Below are positions 26,504 through 35,815 of a stretch of 64,000 bases of DNA, one piece after another. The stretch spans positions 11,738-75,737 of the forward strand of contig JAAZKW010000011.1 in the NCBI GenBank assembly GCA_012799635.1, in the 5' to 3' direction. This DNA is from Mollicutes bacterium. GTDB taxonomy: Bacteria; Bacillota_I; Bacilli_A; RF39; UBA660. Within the stretch, counting starts at the first letter, position 1, and the number at the start of each line of letters is the position of its first letter. The notes under the pieces were generated by a model. The model was given only the letters and a program-made list of their open reading frames with translations. It was not told the DNA's origin and made no database searches. A program made the position numbers and the translations under genes.

Positions 26504-26545
26504 GGTATAAATTATTCCTTTTAAAATAAGAAAGTAGAATGAAAT

Positions 26546-27226
26546 ATGAATAAGAGTAATAAGAAAACTTTATTTTTTTCAAACATAACTGGAAATATTG
26601 ATGAAAATGATATTGATGTGCAATTTAATAATTGTATGTCTAAGTATATAATAAACAATATCGATAATGAATATAGTATGATTTTTATAGATGCTCCAGG
26701 ATTGGGTAAAGAAGAATATTATTTGCCTAATATTTTAAGGTGTTTTGATAAAATAAAAATAAACTTTAAAGATGTATTATATGTTAGTAAACATACACTA
26801 AAAGAAGACGTAGATATTTTTTTAAAAGATAATAAAAAAATAGTGTATTTTTTAATGGGTGGTAACCCATATTCTCAATTAGAAATAATTGATGCATTTA
26901 ATTTGAGAGAAAGCATAAAAAATCACAGAGATATTGTAATAGGATTTTGTGCTGGAGCAATAAATTTATCAACACATTCAATTATTACATCCGATGACGA
27001 TTTTACAAAATCTGATAGTTATGAGGGAATAGGCAGGGAAAACATATGTATTGAGCCTCATTATAATGATATAAATGATAGGAAAAGAAATAACGAGTTA
27101 AAATTTTTTTCAAAAAGATTGAATACTAAAATATACTGTATTCCAGATGAAAGTATTATTTATTTTGAGAATGGGAAGAAATACGAGAAGGGGAAAATAT
27201 ATTATATTGATTGTAAAGCAAAATAA
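26546..27226 (+). CDS. peptidase S51 (PepE)-like / class I glutamine amidotransferase-like protein
   Basis: FLMGGNPYSQLE and IGFCAGAINLS. A Cys sits where S51 enzymes have the GxSAG serine. Confidence 0.5.
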   Translation: MNKSNKKTLFFSNITGNIDENDIDVQFNNCMSKYIINNIDNEYSMIFIDAPGLGKEEYYLPNILRCFDKIKINFKDVLYVSKHTLKEDVDIFLKDNKKIVYFLMGGNPYSQLEIIDAFNLRESIKNHRDIVIGFCAGAINLSTHSIITSDDDFTKSDSYEGIGRENICIEPHYNDINDRKRNNELKFFSKRLNTKIYCIPDESIIYFENGKKYEKGKIYYIDCKAK

Positions 27227-27238
27227 GGAGATAATATT

Positions 27239-27838
27239 ATGGAAAAATTAAAATATGTAAAACCAACAAAAGAATATGAAAAAAAAGCATTAGATTATGT
27301 TCAAGAATTTTTGGATTATAATTCTAAAATAAATGGGGTGGGCGGACTACATAGGTTTTTAGATGATTATGATGGTTGGTTAAAAAAATTAGAAGAAGAT
27401 AGAATTATAAAGGCATCAGAAGAAAAGGTTCCGGCCGAAACTTTTTTTCTTATAAGAGAATCAGATGACATGATTGTTGGAATGATTAATATAAGACTTG
27501 CACTAAATGAGCATTTAAAGAAATTTGGTGGTCATATAGGTTATAGCATTAGACCAACAGAACGGCAAAAAGGATATAATACAATTAATTTATATCTAGG
27601 TTTATTATGCTGTCAGCATCATGGAATAAAAGACGTTTTGATTGACTGTTCAAAATCAAATTTTGCTTCAGCAAAGACAATTAAAGCTTTAGGTGGAAAC
27701 CTTTTGAAAGAAGAGTATAATGAAGAAGCCGATGATATTATTCAAGATTATGTAATAGATGTTGACAAGTCAATAGAAGAAAACAAAGAGCTTTTTTCAT
27801 TATATATAAGTGAAAATAGTTTAACTAAAATTAAATAA
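27239..27838 (+). CDS. GNAT-family acetyltransferase
   Basis: GHIGYSIRPTERQKGY and the C-terminal ASAKTIKALGG pattern. Confidence 0.6.
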   Translation: MEKLKYVKPTKEYEKKALDYVQEFLDYNSKINGVGGLHRFLDDYDGWLKKLEEDRIIKASEEKVPAETFFLIRESDDMIVGMINIRLALNEHLKKFGGHIGYSIRPTERQKGYNTINLYLGLLCCQHHGIKDVLIDCSKSNFASAKTIKALGGNLLKEEYNEEADDIIQDYVIDVDKSIEENKELFSLYISENSLTKIK

Positions 27839-27856
27839 ATATTTACTAGAGGAATT

Positions 27857-28651
27857 ATGAGAAAATATCAAAACGAAGAATATTTGCAAAGACAAATTAT
27901 GGAGTCAAGTCGACATTTGTTTATGTATGGCTATGAAAGTAATTATAGAAGTCAGTTTTTACATGATTTAGAAGAAAAGTATCCTATAGTATTTAATTCA
28001 AACAAGCCGATAGCATTATATTTTGATATGCTTGGCTTACCAAAGATAGAATATGATATCAAAAATAAAGATGATAGTTTAATTAATCGTATGAGTAGTG
28101 AGTATTTGAATTTTACAATAGTATCTAAAATATTGAAAGAAACTTTAAAGATTGATCGAACAAATAGATTTTCAGGATTAATTCAGTATATGAACACGAT
28201 GAGAAATAAAAGTCATAATGAAATTAAAACATCCCTAGATCTAATTAAACAAATAGAATTTTCTAGAGATTTTTACAATGAAATGTACAGAAATTATATT
28301 ATGGGAACGATAGAAGAAACTTCTTTGGACAATGTTGCAATTCCGTTTTGTTCCGTAGAAGCGTTTATTAGTTTATATAAAGAAGTGATGGGTATAGATT
28401 CTTATTTTGGAATTATATTTGATAAAAAAGCTAGTGTGTCAATCTCATCAATTAAGTCAATAAATGATTTAATTTCTAGTAGAATCAATAAAGATATCTC
28501 AATTAAAATCGCGGTCAATCCAAATGCTTGGGATACATATTGGGGTACAGGAGATTGGTTTGTTGAAAAAATTCACGATTATGATACATTGGAACTAGAT
28601 AATTCAGCAAAAGAATATATGCAAAGGTCAAAGAAAAAATTTTTCGAATAA
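27857..28651 (+). CDS. hypothetical protein
   Basis: 264-aa ORF with RBS AGAGGAA. It has no confident motif. Confidence 0.45.
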   Translation: MRKYQNEEYLQRQIMESSRHLFMYGYESNYRSQFLHDLEEKYPIVFNSNKPIALYFDMLGLPKIEYDIKNKDDSLINRMSSEYLNFTIVSKILKETLKIDRTNRFSGLIQYMNTMRNKSHNEIKTSLDLIKQIEFSRDFYNEMYRNYIMGTIEETSLDNVAIPFCSVEAFISLYKEVMGIDSYFGIIFDKKASVSISSIKSINDLISSRINKDISIKIAVNPNAWDTYWGTGDWFVEKIHDYDTLELDNSAKEYMQRSKKKFFE

Positions 28652-28794
28652 ACATTTAAGGCATAATATATTAATGGTATAATCATTTTAAAGACGATTT
28701 AAGTAAAGAATGTTAACTTTAGTTGACAAAATTCAAATGTTAGTTGGTGGTGCGCAACCGGCAAAAATGATATTATTTGCGCGAGGTGAGAAAA

Positions 28795-29457
28795 ATGAAA
28801 ATAAATGAAAAAATATATTCATTAAGGAAGAAACATAATTTATCGCAAGAAGAACTTGCTAATGAATTAAATGTTTCAAGGCAAACAGTTTCTAAATGGG
28901 AACTTGGTGAAAGTGCTCCAGATATTGATAAGATTATACCGCTTTGTGAGCTGTTTAATATATCTACTGAAGAATTACTTAGGGGTAAGCAATCTGAGGA
29001 TGAAAAAATAATTAAGGGAGAATATAGACCAGATATTATTAAGGCAATATTAATATGTGTTGGTATATTTTGTTTCTTTTTAGCCGTTATTTCTACTATA
29101 GTTTTAGAGGAGATAATAAAGATTAAAAATGATGGAATAATAGCATCTACATTTATTTTGCTTTCATCTATAGGAATAGTTATTTTAATTTTTACATTTT
29201 TAACAAGAAAAAATTTAAACAAGCATATTAAAGAAAACGAAAGTTCTTTTGAAATTAAAGCTGTCAAACAATCAAATCCAATTTTAAAAACAATCAAAAG
29301 CATAATTTTCATAATAACAACAATTATATATTTGGCAATTAGTTTTATTACAATGGCATGGCATATAACGTGGATAATATGGTTAATTTATTCTTTATTG
29401 ATTGAAATTGTGAATTTAATATTTATTATTAAGAGAGGTGAAAAAAATGAAGAATAA
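28795..29457 (+). CDS. XRE-family HTH regulator fused to a multi-pass membrane domain
   Basis: ORF 28777..29457. The ATG at 28795 follows GAGGTGAG. HTH segment LSQEELANELNVSRQTVSKWELGE, followed by 4 hydrophobic segments. Confidence 0.8.
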   Translation: MKINEKIYSLRKKHNLSQEELANELNVSRQTVSKWELGESAPDIDKIIPLCELFNISTEELLRGKQSEDEKIIKGEYRPDIIKAILICVGIFCFFLAVISTIVLEEIIKIKNDGIIASTFILLSSIGIVILIFTFLTRKNLNKHIKENESSFEIKAVKQSNPILKTIKSIIFIITTIIYLAISFITMAWHITWIIWLIYSLLIEIVNLIFIIKRGEKNEE

Positions 29458-30280
29458 AAAACAAATAATAATTTTGATTGTTATATTGTCAATATTAATA
29501 GTTTTCTTAACAGCAACAATGTTTTTATTGATTAATAAAGATTTTAATTTCAGATTTATGTTTAATAATTCTCAAATGAAATTAATAGAATCATATGAAA
29601 CTTTAGCGTTAGATATTGAAAATATAAATTTAGATATGATTGATGGCGACATTGATGTTAGAGAAAGTAAAAATGAAAATATTAAAATTGAATACTATAA
29701 TAATAAAGATAAAAATAATAAAATCATTAGCTTTAATGCTGGAACAATATATGTAGCAGAAGAACAAAACCATTGCTTTGGCTTTTGTTTTAATAATTCC
29801 AAACTAATAATATACATACCTAGTACATACTTAGGATTGTATGATGTAAAAACGATAAGTGGAGATATTAATTTAAAGGTTGACATTACCAATAAGATTA
29901 ATATAAAAACAACAAGCGGAGATGTTAATATTGAGAAAGCAGATAATATAGATATTGAAACAACAAGTGGTGATATTAAAGTTAATAAAAGTGATAAAGC
30001 TATTATAAAGTCAGTAAGCGGAGATGTAATCTTCAACAATATTTTAGGTTCATTTAATATAAAGACAACAAGTGGTGATATTACATTAGGTGAAATAGAA
30101 ATTAATGAAGATTCATTTATAGATACAGTAAGTGGAGATGTATTTATAGAAAGTAACAACAATAATAATTATATTGATTATGAAACTGTTTCAGGAGAAA
30201 AAGAAATCAATAATAGTAATAGAACGAGTCAATTTACAATAAAAATTAAAACAATAAGCGGAGATATTAGTGTTAACTAG
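29438..30280 (+). CDS. DUF4097-type (LiaG-like, putative adhesin) beta-repeat protein with N-terminal TM anchor
   Basis: Nine (T/V/I)(S/D)GD(I/V) units (SGDI/SGDV/DGDI/SGEK) at roughly 20-aa intervals, plus an N-terminal anchor ILIVILSILIVFLTATMFLLI. Its start overlaps the upstream XRE gene. Confidence 0.7.
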   Translation: MKKMKNKKQIIILIVILSILIVFLTATMFLLINKDFNFRFMFNNSQMKLIESYETLALDIENINLDMIDGDIDVRESKNENIKIEYYNNKDKNNKIISFNAGTIYVAEEQNHCFGFCFNNSKLIIYIPSTYLGLYDVKTISGDINLKVDITNKINIKTTSGDVNIEKADNIDIETTSGDIKVNKSDKAIIKSVSGDVIFNNILGSFNIKTTSGDITLGEIEINEDSFIDTVSGDVFIESNNNNNYIDYETVSGEKEINNSNRTSQFTIKIKTISGDISVN

Positions 30281-30348
30281 TGTCTTTTTTAAAAAAGAAA
30301 ATTTTATAATAAAATGGGTTATATTAATGATTAAGAGCGGAGGAATTT

Positions 30349-30975
30349 ATGAAACATTTTCACAGAAAATTAAGTAGTCACGACTTGAAAGAAAGAATTA
30401 CTTGGTCCATTATACTATTTGTAATAATATTTTTCAGTACCACAATAATTAGTTATTTTATACTTCCCGAAGGAATATTTAAAAATAAAAATCCTTTACA
30501 ATTATGGAATACATCAAACAATATATTTATTCTTACACTGCAAATCTTTTTTTATAATTTGTTGTCAGTAATAATAATAATTTTTTCTAGCCTTTTTGGA
30601 AGTAAAAAGAAAAACGAAGAAAATTATATTTCCGTCGGTTATACCGTTTTTTATACACTAATTTTAATAAATGCAATTGTTCTTGGTACGTGGTCTTTTT
30701 CAATAGTAGTTAATACTGTTCCTCTTTTAAAAAGGGTTATTGGAATTTTTGATATTATACATAGAGCAGCTCTTTGGGAAATGTTTGGACAGTTATTGAT
30801 AACTTGTGCTATTGCTCACATTTCCATTATTAGAATTTGTGGAAAAGATACTGAAAAAAGGGGTATTAAAGAAATAAGGTTAACAAAACATGAAAAGATA
30901 GTATTTATACTGGGAGTAATTTTTATGCTTGTTGGTGCTATTATAGAGAGTATAGCCATTAGCAGATTAGGTTGA
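30349..30975 (+). CDS. polytopic membrane protein (possibly SpoIIM/DUF95-like)
   Basis: 208 aa with 5-6 hydrophobic segments and RBS GGAGGAA. The family assignment is tentative. Confidence 0.45.
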   Translation: MKHFHRKLSSHDLKERITWSIILFVIIFFSTTIISYFILPEGIFKNKNPLQLWNTSNNIFILTLQIFFYNLLSVIIIIFSSLFGSKKKNEENYISVGYTVFYTLILINAIVLGTWSFSIVVNTVPLLKRVIGIFDIIHRAALWEMFGQLLITCAIAHISIIRICGKDTEKRGIKEIRLTKHEKIVFILGVIFMLVGAIIESIAISRLG

Positions 30976-31095
30976 TAGTGATAGTAATTATTTTAGATGA
31001 TATGCAAAACCTTTATAATTCGAATTATCATTTTAATGTACTATTTCTTAAAAGTTATTATATAATGATAGTAGAGGGTTTGTTGGGTGGTAACA

Positions 31096-31947
31096 ATGGA
31101 TAATAAGGAAAAAGATTTAACAAAGGTAAGTTCGGGCATTACAATTATGTTTGCATTATTTTGGATATACAGACTTTTTATTGAAAAAAATTTAAACTTT
31201 CTTTGTGATTTTAAATCATCATTTGGGACATTATTACTTTATACTATGGGACCTTTAATATTTATATATATCACTAAAGATATTAAAGAGAATAATTATA
31301 AAAAGAAAAAGATACCCTTTAAAATATATTTAACATGTTTTTTTCTTCAATTTACAACTTTAATTACTTTAATGTTAGTAAGTGGTATATTTATAATTAT
31401 TACTAAAAACATTCCAAATAAAACAATTGATTTAAACTTTAGCATGATCTTCTCATTATTGATATTTGCCCCCATAGTTGAAGAAATAGTTTTCAGACAT
31501 TTACTTGCTAAAAAGCTACTAAAACACGGTGATGCTTTTTATATATTTGTTTCAGCTTTTTGTTTTTCACTTGTTCACGGATTTTCAATGGGTATTCCAA
31601 CAATGATATATACATTTATACTTGGCTTAATATGGTCTTATTTACTAGTTAAGACAGGTAATATTATTATAGTAATTGCGTTTCATTCGTTATCAAATCT
31701 TTTTGGCTCAATTTTTACACAAATACTATCAGGATTTTCTGATCAAGCATTTATGGCATACTTTTTTTTAATAATAATATTTGCTATTATAGGGATAATT
31801 TTATTTATTAAAAATAAAAAAGATTTTAGTTTTAATGAAAAAATATTTGGCAAAAATAACTTAAAGCAAGTTTTTAGTAATAAAGGGATAATATTTTATA
31901 TAATAATAACGATCGTTTTTATGATAATAAAACAATTACTAGTATAG
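31096..31947 (+). CDS. CPBP-family (CAAX/Abi) intramembrane metalloprotease
   Basis: Motifs APIVEEIVFRH, FSLVHG and AFHSLSN. The ORF starts at GTG 31087, and ATG is at 31096. Confidence 0.8.
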   Translation: MDNKEKDLTKVSSGITIMFALFWIYRLFIEKNLNFLCDFKSSFGTLLLYTMGPLIFIYITKDIKENNYKKKKIPFKIYLTCFFLQFTTLITLMLVSGIFIIITKNIPNKTIDLNFSMIFSLLIFAPIVEEIVFRHLLAKKLLKHGDAFYIFVSAFCFSLVHGFSMGIPTMIYTFILGLIWSYLLVKTGNIIIVIAFHSLSNLFGSIFTQILSGFSDQAFMAYFFLIIIFAIIGIILFIKNKKDFSFNEKIFGKNNLKQVFSNKGIIFYIIITIVFMIIKQLLV

Positions 31948-32004
31948 CTTTAGTAGAAAGCAAATTATATTAGTTTATATATAGAAAATATAAAAGGAGG
32001 AATA

Positions 32005-32205
32005 ATGAAAAAATTAAAAACGGGAAATACATTCATCATAATTGGAAATGTATTAAATTTGTTTAGCAGCTTATTTGGTGATATTGGAATGAAAATATTT
32101 AAAGACTTTTTTCAAGGATTATTAGTTGGAATGTCTACGGGATTAAATGTTATAGGGATAATATTAATACTAATTTATTGGTCAAAGACAGAAAAAAAGG
32201 AATAA
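32005..32205 (+). CDS. small hydrophobic protein (2 TM)
   Basis: 66 aa with a strong RBS AAGGAGGAA, immediately upstream of the ABC ATPase. Confidence 0.5.
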   Translation: MKKLKTGNTFIIIGNVLNLFSSLFGDIGMKIFKDFFQGLLVGMSTGLNVIGIILILIYWSKTEKKE

Positions 32206-32208
32206 TAT

Positions 32209-33147
32209 ATGGAAAATTTAATTGAGGTACGCGGATTAGTAAAAAAATATAAAGAACTAATAGCAATCAACAATGTTGATTTAGATGTTAAAAAAGGGAA
32301 AATTTTAGGATTATTAGGTCCTAATGGATCCGGTAAAACAACACTTATAAATTGTATATTATCACTTCTAGACTTTAATAAAGGAAGTATTAAAATCTGT
32401 GGCGAGGAAATGACTCCAGAATCTTATCATATAAAGGAAAAAATTGGTGTAGTATTTCAGGATGTAGGCGTTTTTGAGGAGCTTACAGTTTATGAAAATA
32501 TTGATTATTTTTGTAGTTTATATATTAATGATAAAGAAAAAAGAAAAAAATATGTAAATGGAGCTATAGATTTAGTTGGACTTAATGACTTTAAAAAATT
32601 TGTTCCTAAAAAACTTTCTGGGGGTCTTTTAAGAAGACTAAATATTGCTTGTGGTATTGCTCATAAACCCGAAATTATTATTTTAGATGAGCCAACAGTT
32701 GCTGTTGATCCACAATCAAGGAATAACATTTTAGAAGGAATTAAAAAACTTAATAAAGAGGGAGCAACAATTATTTATACTTCACATTATATGGAAGAAA
32801 TAGATTTAATATGTGATGATATTGTTATTTTAGATAAAGGAAAGGTAATAGCTAAAGGTACTTCAGAAGAACTTAAAAATAGTATTGAAGTAAATGAAAA
32901 GATTAAATTTGATACAAAAAAACTTTCACAAGCTGTCCTGAAGGAAATAAAAGAAGATAAGAACGTTATAGAGGCATTATATAAAGATGGCTCATGTGAA
33001 GTTATATATAAAAAAGGCAATAATAATTTGCTAAATTTAATAAAAACCTTAAACAAACACAATATTGAATATGAGGCGATTCATTTAAGCATGCCAACTC
33101 TTAATGATGTATTCTTAGAATTAACAGGAAAGGATTTAAGGGATTAA
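32209..33147 (+). CDS. ABC transporter ATP-binding protein
   Basis: Walker A GPNGSGKTT, signature LSGGLLRR, Walker B IIILDEPT. Confidence 0.9.
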   Translation: MENLIEVRGLVKKYKELIAINNVDLDVKKGKILGLLGPNGSGKTTLINCILSLLDFNKGSIKICGEEMTPESYHIKEKIGVVFQDVGVFEELTVYENIDYFCSLYINDKEKRKKYVNGAIDLVGLNDFKKFVPKKLSGGLLRRLNIACGIAHKPEIIILDEPTVAVDPQSRNNILEGIKKLNKEGATIIYTSHYMEEIDLICDDIVILDKGKVIAKGTSEELKNSIEVNEKIKFDTKKLSQAVLKEIKEDKNVIEALYKDGSCEVIYKKGNNNLLNLIKTLNKHNIEYEAIHLSMPTLNDVFLELTGKDLRD

Positions 33148-33148
33148 T

Positions 33149-34258
33149 ATGTTTAGAAGTGTTTATAAAAATACCTTTAAAATATTAATAAGAGATAAAA
33201 TAACATTATTTTGGACTATTATGTTTGTTGTTCTTCTAGCGATAATGTTTAAAATGACTTTTTCAACTTTAGATGAAATTGATAAATTTGAAACTTTACC
33301 AATTGCAGCTAGTAAAGAAGTTTTACAAGATGAATACTTTAAATTATATCTTGAAACTATTGAAAAGGAAAAATATATTAAATTGATAATGTCAGATGAT
33401 AACAATGCGAATGAACTTTTTGAAAAGAAAAAAATAGCTGCTTATATTAAAGATGAAGAAAATATAGTTGTTGGTAAAAGTACCAGCCGAATAAAAGAGA
33501 CCATTGTTAAATCTTTAATGGATGGATACATTCAAAACAAATCATTAGTTATGAATATTTTAATAGAAAACCCTAATGTTAATCTAGATGAAATTTTAAA
33601 ATTTAATACGTTTATAAAAGATGAATCTCAAAAAAGTATAAATATAGTGAGTACTTATTTTTACACTTTAATTGGTATGCAGGCTATATATTCATATCTT
33701 TGGGGTCTAAAAGTTATGTATATGTATGAAGCAAATCTTTCAACACAAGGAAAAAGAAATACAATTAGTCCCATTAACAAGAAAAAATCAATTTTAGCAT
33801 CGATAATCGCAGTTTGGACAATAAGTATAATAACAAGTTTATTTTGCTTAGGATTTATTTCGTTTATTTTAAGCGTTGATATTGGTAATAAATTATTTGG
33901 AATATTATTAATAATTTTATTAGGAACGTTTACTGGAGTATCTTTTGGTTCTTTTATAGCCGTTTCTAATAAACAAAATATAGAATTTAAAAATGGAATA
34001 GGCGTTGGAATAACTATGATGTGGAGCTTCTTTGCTGGCATGATGTCATCATATATAAAAATACTGATAGAAAGATATATTCCTGTTTTTAATAAATTTA
34101 ACCCTGTTGCTTTAATAACTGACGGATTATATTCTTTAGCAATTAATAATGCTGGTATTAGATTTTATGAAAACATGATATATCTTATAATCATATCTGT
34201 TATCTTTGTATTTGGGACAATGTTTTTTGTAAGAGGTAAGAAATATGAAAGTCTTTAA
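33149..34258 (+). CDS. ABC-2-type transporter permease
   Basis: One N-terminal TM, a large extracytoplasmic loop, then 5 C-terminal TM segments. It is coupled to the ATPase with a 1-nt gap. Confidence 0.7.
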   Translation: MFRSVYKNTFKILIRDKITLFWTIMFVVLLAIMFKMTFSTLDEIDKFETLPIAASKEVLQDEYFKLYLETIEKEKYIKLIMSDDNNANELFEKKKIAAYIKDEENIVVGKSTSRIKETIVKSLMDGYIQNKSLVMNILIENPNVNLDEILKFNTFIKDESQKSINIVSTYFYTLIGMQAIYSYLWGLKVMYMYEANLSTQGKRNTISPINKKKSILASIIAVWTISIITSLFCLGFISFILSVDIGNKLFGILLIILLGTFTGVSFGSFIAVSNKQNIEFKNGIGVGITMMWSFFAGMMSSYIKILIERYIPVFNKFNPVALITDGLYSLAINNAGIRFYENMIYLIIISVIFVFGTMFFVRGKKYESL

Positions 34259-35357
34259 GAATTATATTAAAATAGTTAATAAACATAAAATAGTCATTGG
34301 TTTATATTTTTTTATATTTTTTATTGTTGTTTTAGGAGCAGCTCAAATGGCAAAAAAAGAGGGGGAACAATTTGAAGCTATTAAACCGACGATTTATTTT
34401 AAAAATGAAAGTAATTCAAGAAAAGCAAGTAAAATAGAAGAAGTCTTAAAAGAACATACAATCTTTAGCAAGGAAGTAACTGATAAAACCACTGAAGATG
34501 AATTAAATTATCAAACAATTTCCGCAATAGTTGTTATTCCTAAAGAGTTTGATAATAACAATATAGTTAATATAAAAATTACTCCCAAAAGTGGAACAGG
34601 CTTTATAATTTCTCAAGTAATTGATAACTTTTTAAATAAAGTAAATGCTTATGAGAAAGCTAATTTTGACGAAGAAAAGGCTTTAGAATTGGCGACCCAG
34701 GATATCAAAAAAGAAGTAAAAATCGAATATTTAAAAAAACAGAAGAAGACTGATTATGGAATTCAATCATATTTCAATATGCTAAATTATACTATTATGT
34801 CGCAAGTTATTTTAGTGGTAACTATGATTATGGCAAGTTTTTATAAAAAACAAATAGCTGCTAGAAATAATGTATCGCCTTTACCTAAATCAAGATTTAT
34901 AATAGAACTTGTTTTTAGTCATTTAGTAGTATCTATTTTAATTTGGGCCTCATACATCATAGTATTTGCTTGTATGTGGCCAGAAGCAATTAAATTAAAA
35001 GCAACACACATGATGGTGTTTAATAGTTTTTTATTTACAGTAGTTATAACTTCATTAGCACTATTTCTTTCAAGTGTAGTAAAAGGCGAGAATGCTATTT
35101 TGGGAGTTATGAATACTATTTCATTAGGATCATCTTTCTTATCAGGTGCATTTGTTCCTCAAGAATTTATTAATAAAACGGTATTAAATATTAGTAAGAT
35201 ATTTCCATCTTATTATTATATAAGAAATAATAATTTAATAGCAATAAATTATAATAATACGGAAATTTTTAAAAACACAGTTATTATGATATCTTTTATG
35301 CTTGGATTTATAGTTTTAACTATAATAATTACATCTAAAAAAAGAAAAACCAATTAA
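34245..35357 (+). CDS. ABC-2-type transporter permease (second paralogue)
   Basis: Same architecture as 33149..34258, and it overlaps that gene's 3' end. Confidence 0.7.
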   Translation: MKVFKNYIKIVNKHKIVIGLYFFIFFIVVLGAAQMAKKEGEQFEAIKPTIYFKNESNSRKASKIEEVLKEHTIFSKEVTDKTTEDELNYQTISAIVVIPKEFDNNNIVNIKITPKSGTGFIISQVIDNFLNKVNAYEKANFDEEKALELATQDIKKEVKIEYLKKQKKTDYGIQSYFNMLNYTIMSQVILVVTMIMASFYKKQIAARNNVSPLPKSRFIIELVFSHLVVSILIWASYIIVFACMWPEAIKLKATHMMVFNSFLFTVVITSLALFLSSVVKGENAILGVMNTISLGSSFLSGAFVPQEFINKTVLNISKIFPSYYYIRNNNLIAINYNNTEIFKNTVIMISFMLGFIVLTIIITSKKRKTN

Positions 35358-35397
35358 TAGAAAGCATTATGTGGTATATTAATATAAAGGAGAAATT

Positions 35398-35802
35398 ATG
35401 AACGTAGTTGGAACAATATTTATTAAAGATGAGAAATTGCTAATTAATAAGCCACGAAAAAGAACAACCTATCAAATGATAGGTGGCAGAGTAGAAGATG
35501 GTGAAACACCACTAGAGGCAGCTATTAGAGAATGTCACGAGGAACTTGGACGTAATGCCATTTTTGATGAAGATAAGTTTGAATTAGTAATGAATTTTGA
35601 CGAAATTGCTACTAGTGATGGTATAACTAAAATAAATTTTTTTGTTTTTAAATATAATGGGAAATTGGAAGGGACCTTAAGTTTATCTGAGGAAATAGAA
35701 AAATTTTTATGGTATGACAGCACTTTGGGGGCCGACATTTTATCTAATACACTAAAGCATGAGGTTGTTCCATATTGCCTAGAAAGAAAATTAATTAAAT
35801 AA
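35398..35802 (+). CDS. NUDIX hydrolase
   Basis: Nudix box GGRVEDGETPLEAAIRECHEELG. Confidence 0.85.
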   Translation: MNVVGTIFIKDEKLLINKPRKRTTYQMIGGRVEDGETPLEAAIRECHEELGRNAIFDEDKFELVMNFDEIATSDGITKINFFVFKYNGKLEGTLSLSEEIEKFLWYDSTLGADILSNTLKHEVVPYCLERKLIK

Positions 35803-35815
35803 AAAAGGAGTTAAG

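Noticed and set aside
28773-29312. A 179-aa minus-strand ORF opposite the XRE-membrane regulator gene.
   Set aside because: The plus-strand frame has a canonical XRE HTH, an SD and an overlapping downstream partner. The minus frame is a hydrophobic mirror ORF with no start context.
29640-30280. Periodic nucleotide repeats (ACAACAAGYGGWGATRTTA..) that could suggest a CRISPR array or tandem repeat.
   Set aside because: They are in-frame and encode the repeated TTSGD(I/V) beta-strand units of a DUF4097-type protein. The spacing of about 60 nt is codon-phased, and no cas genes or leader are present.
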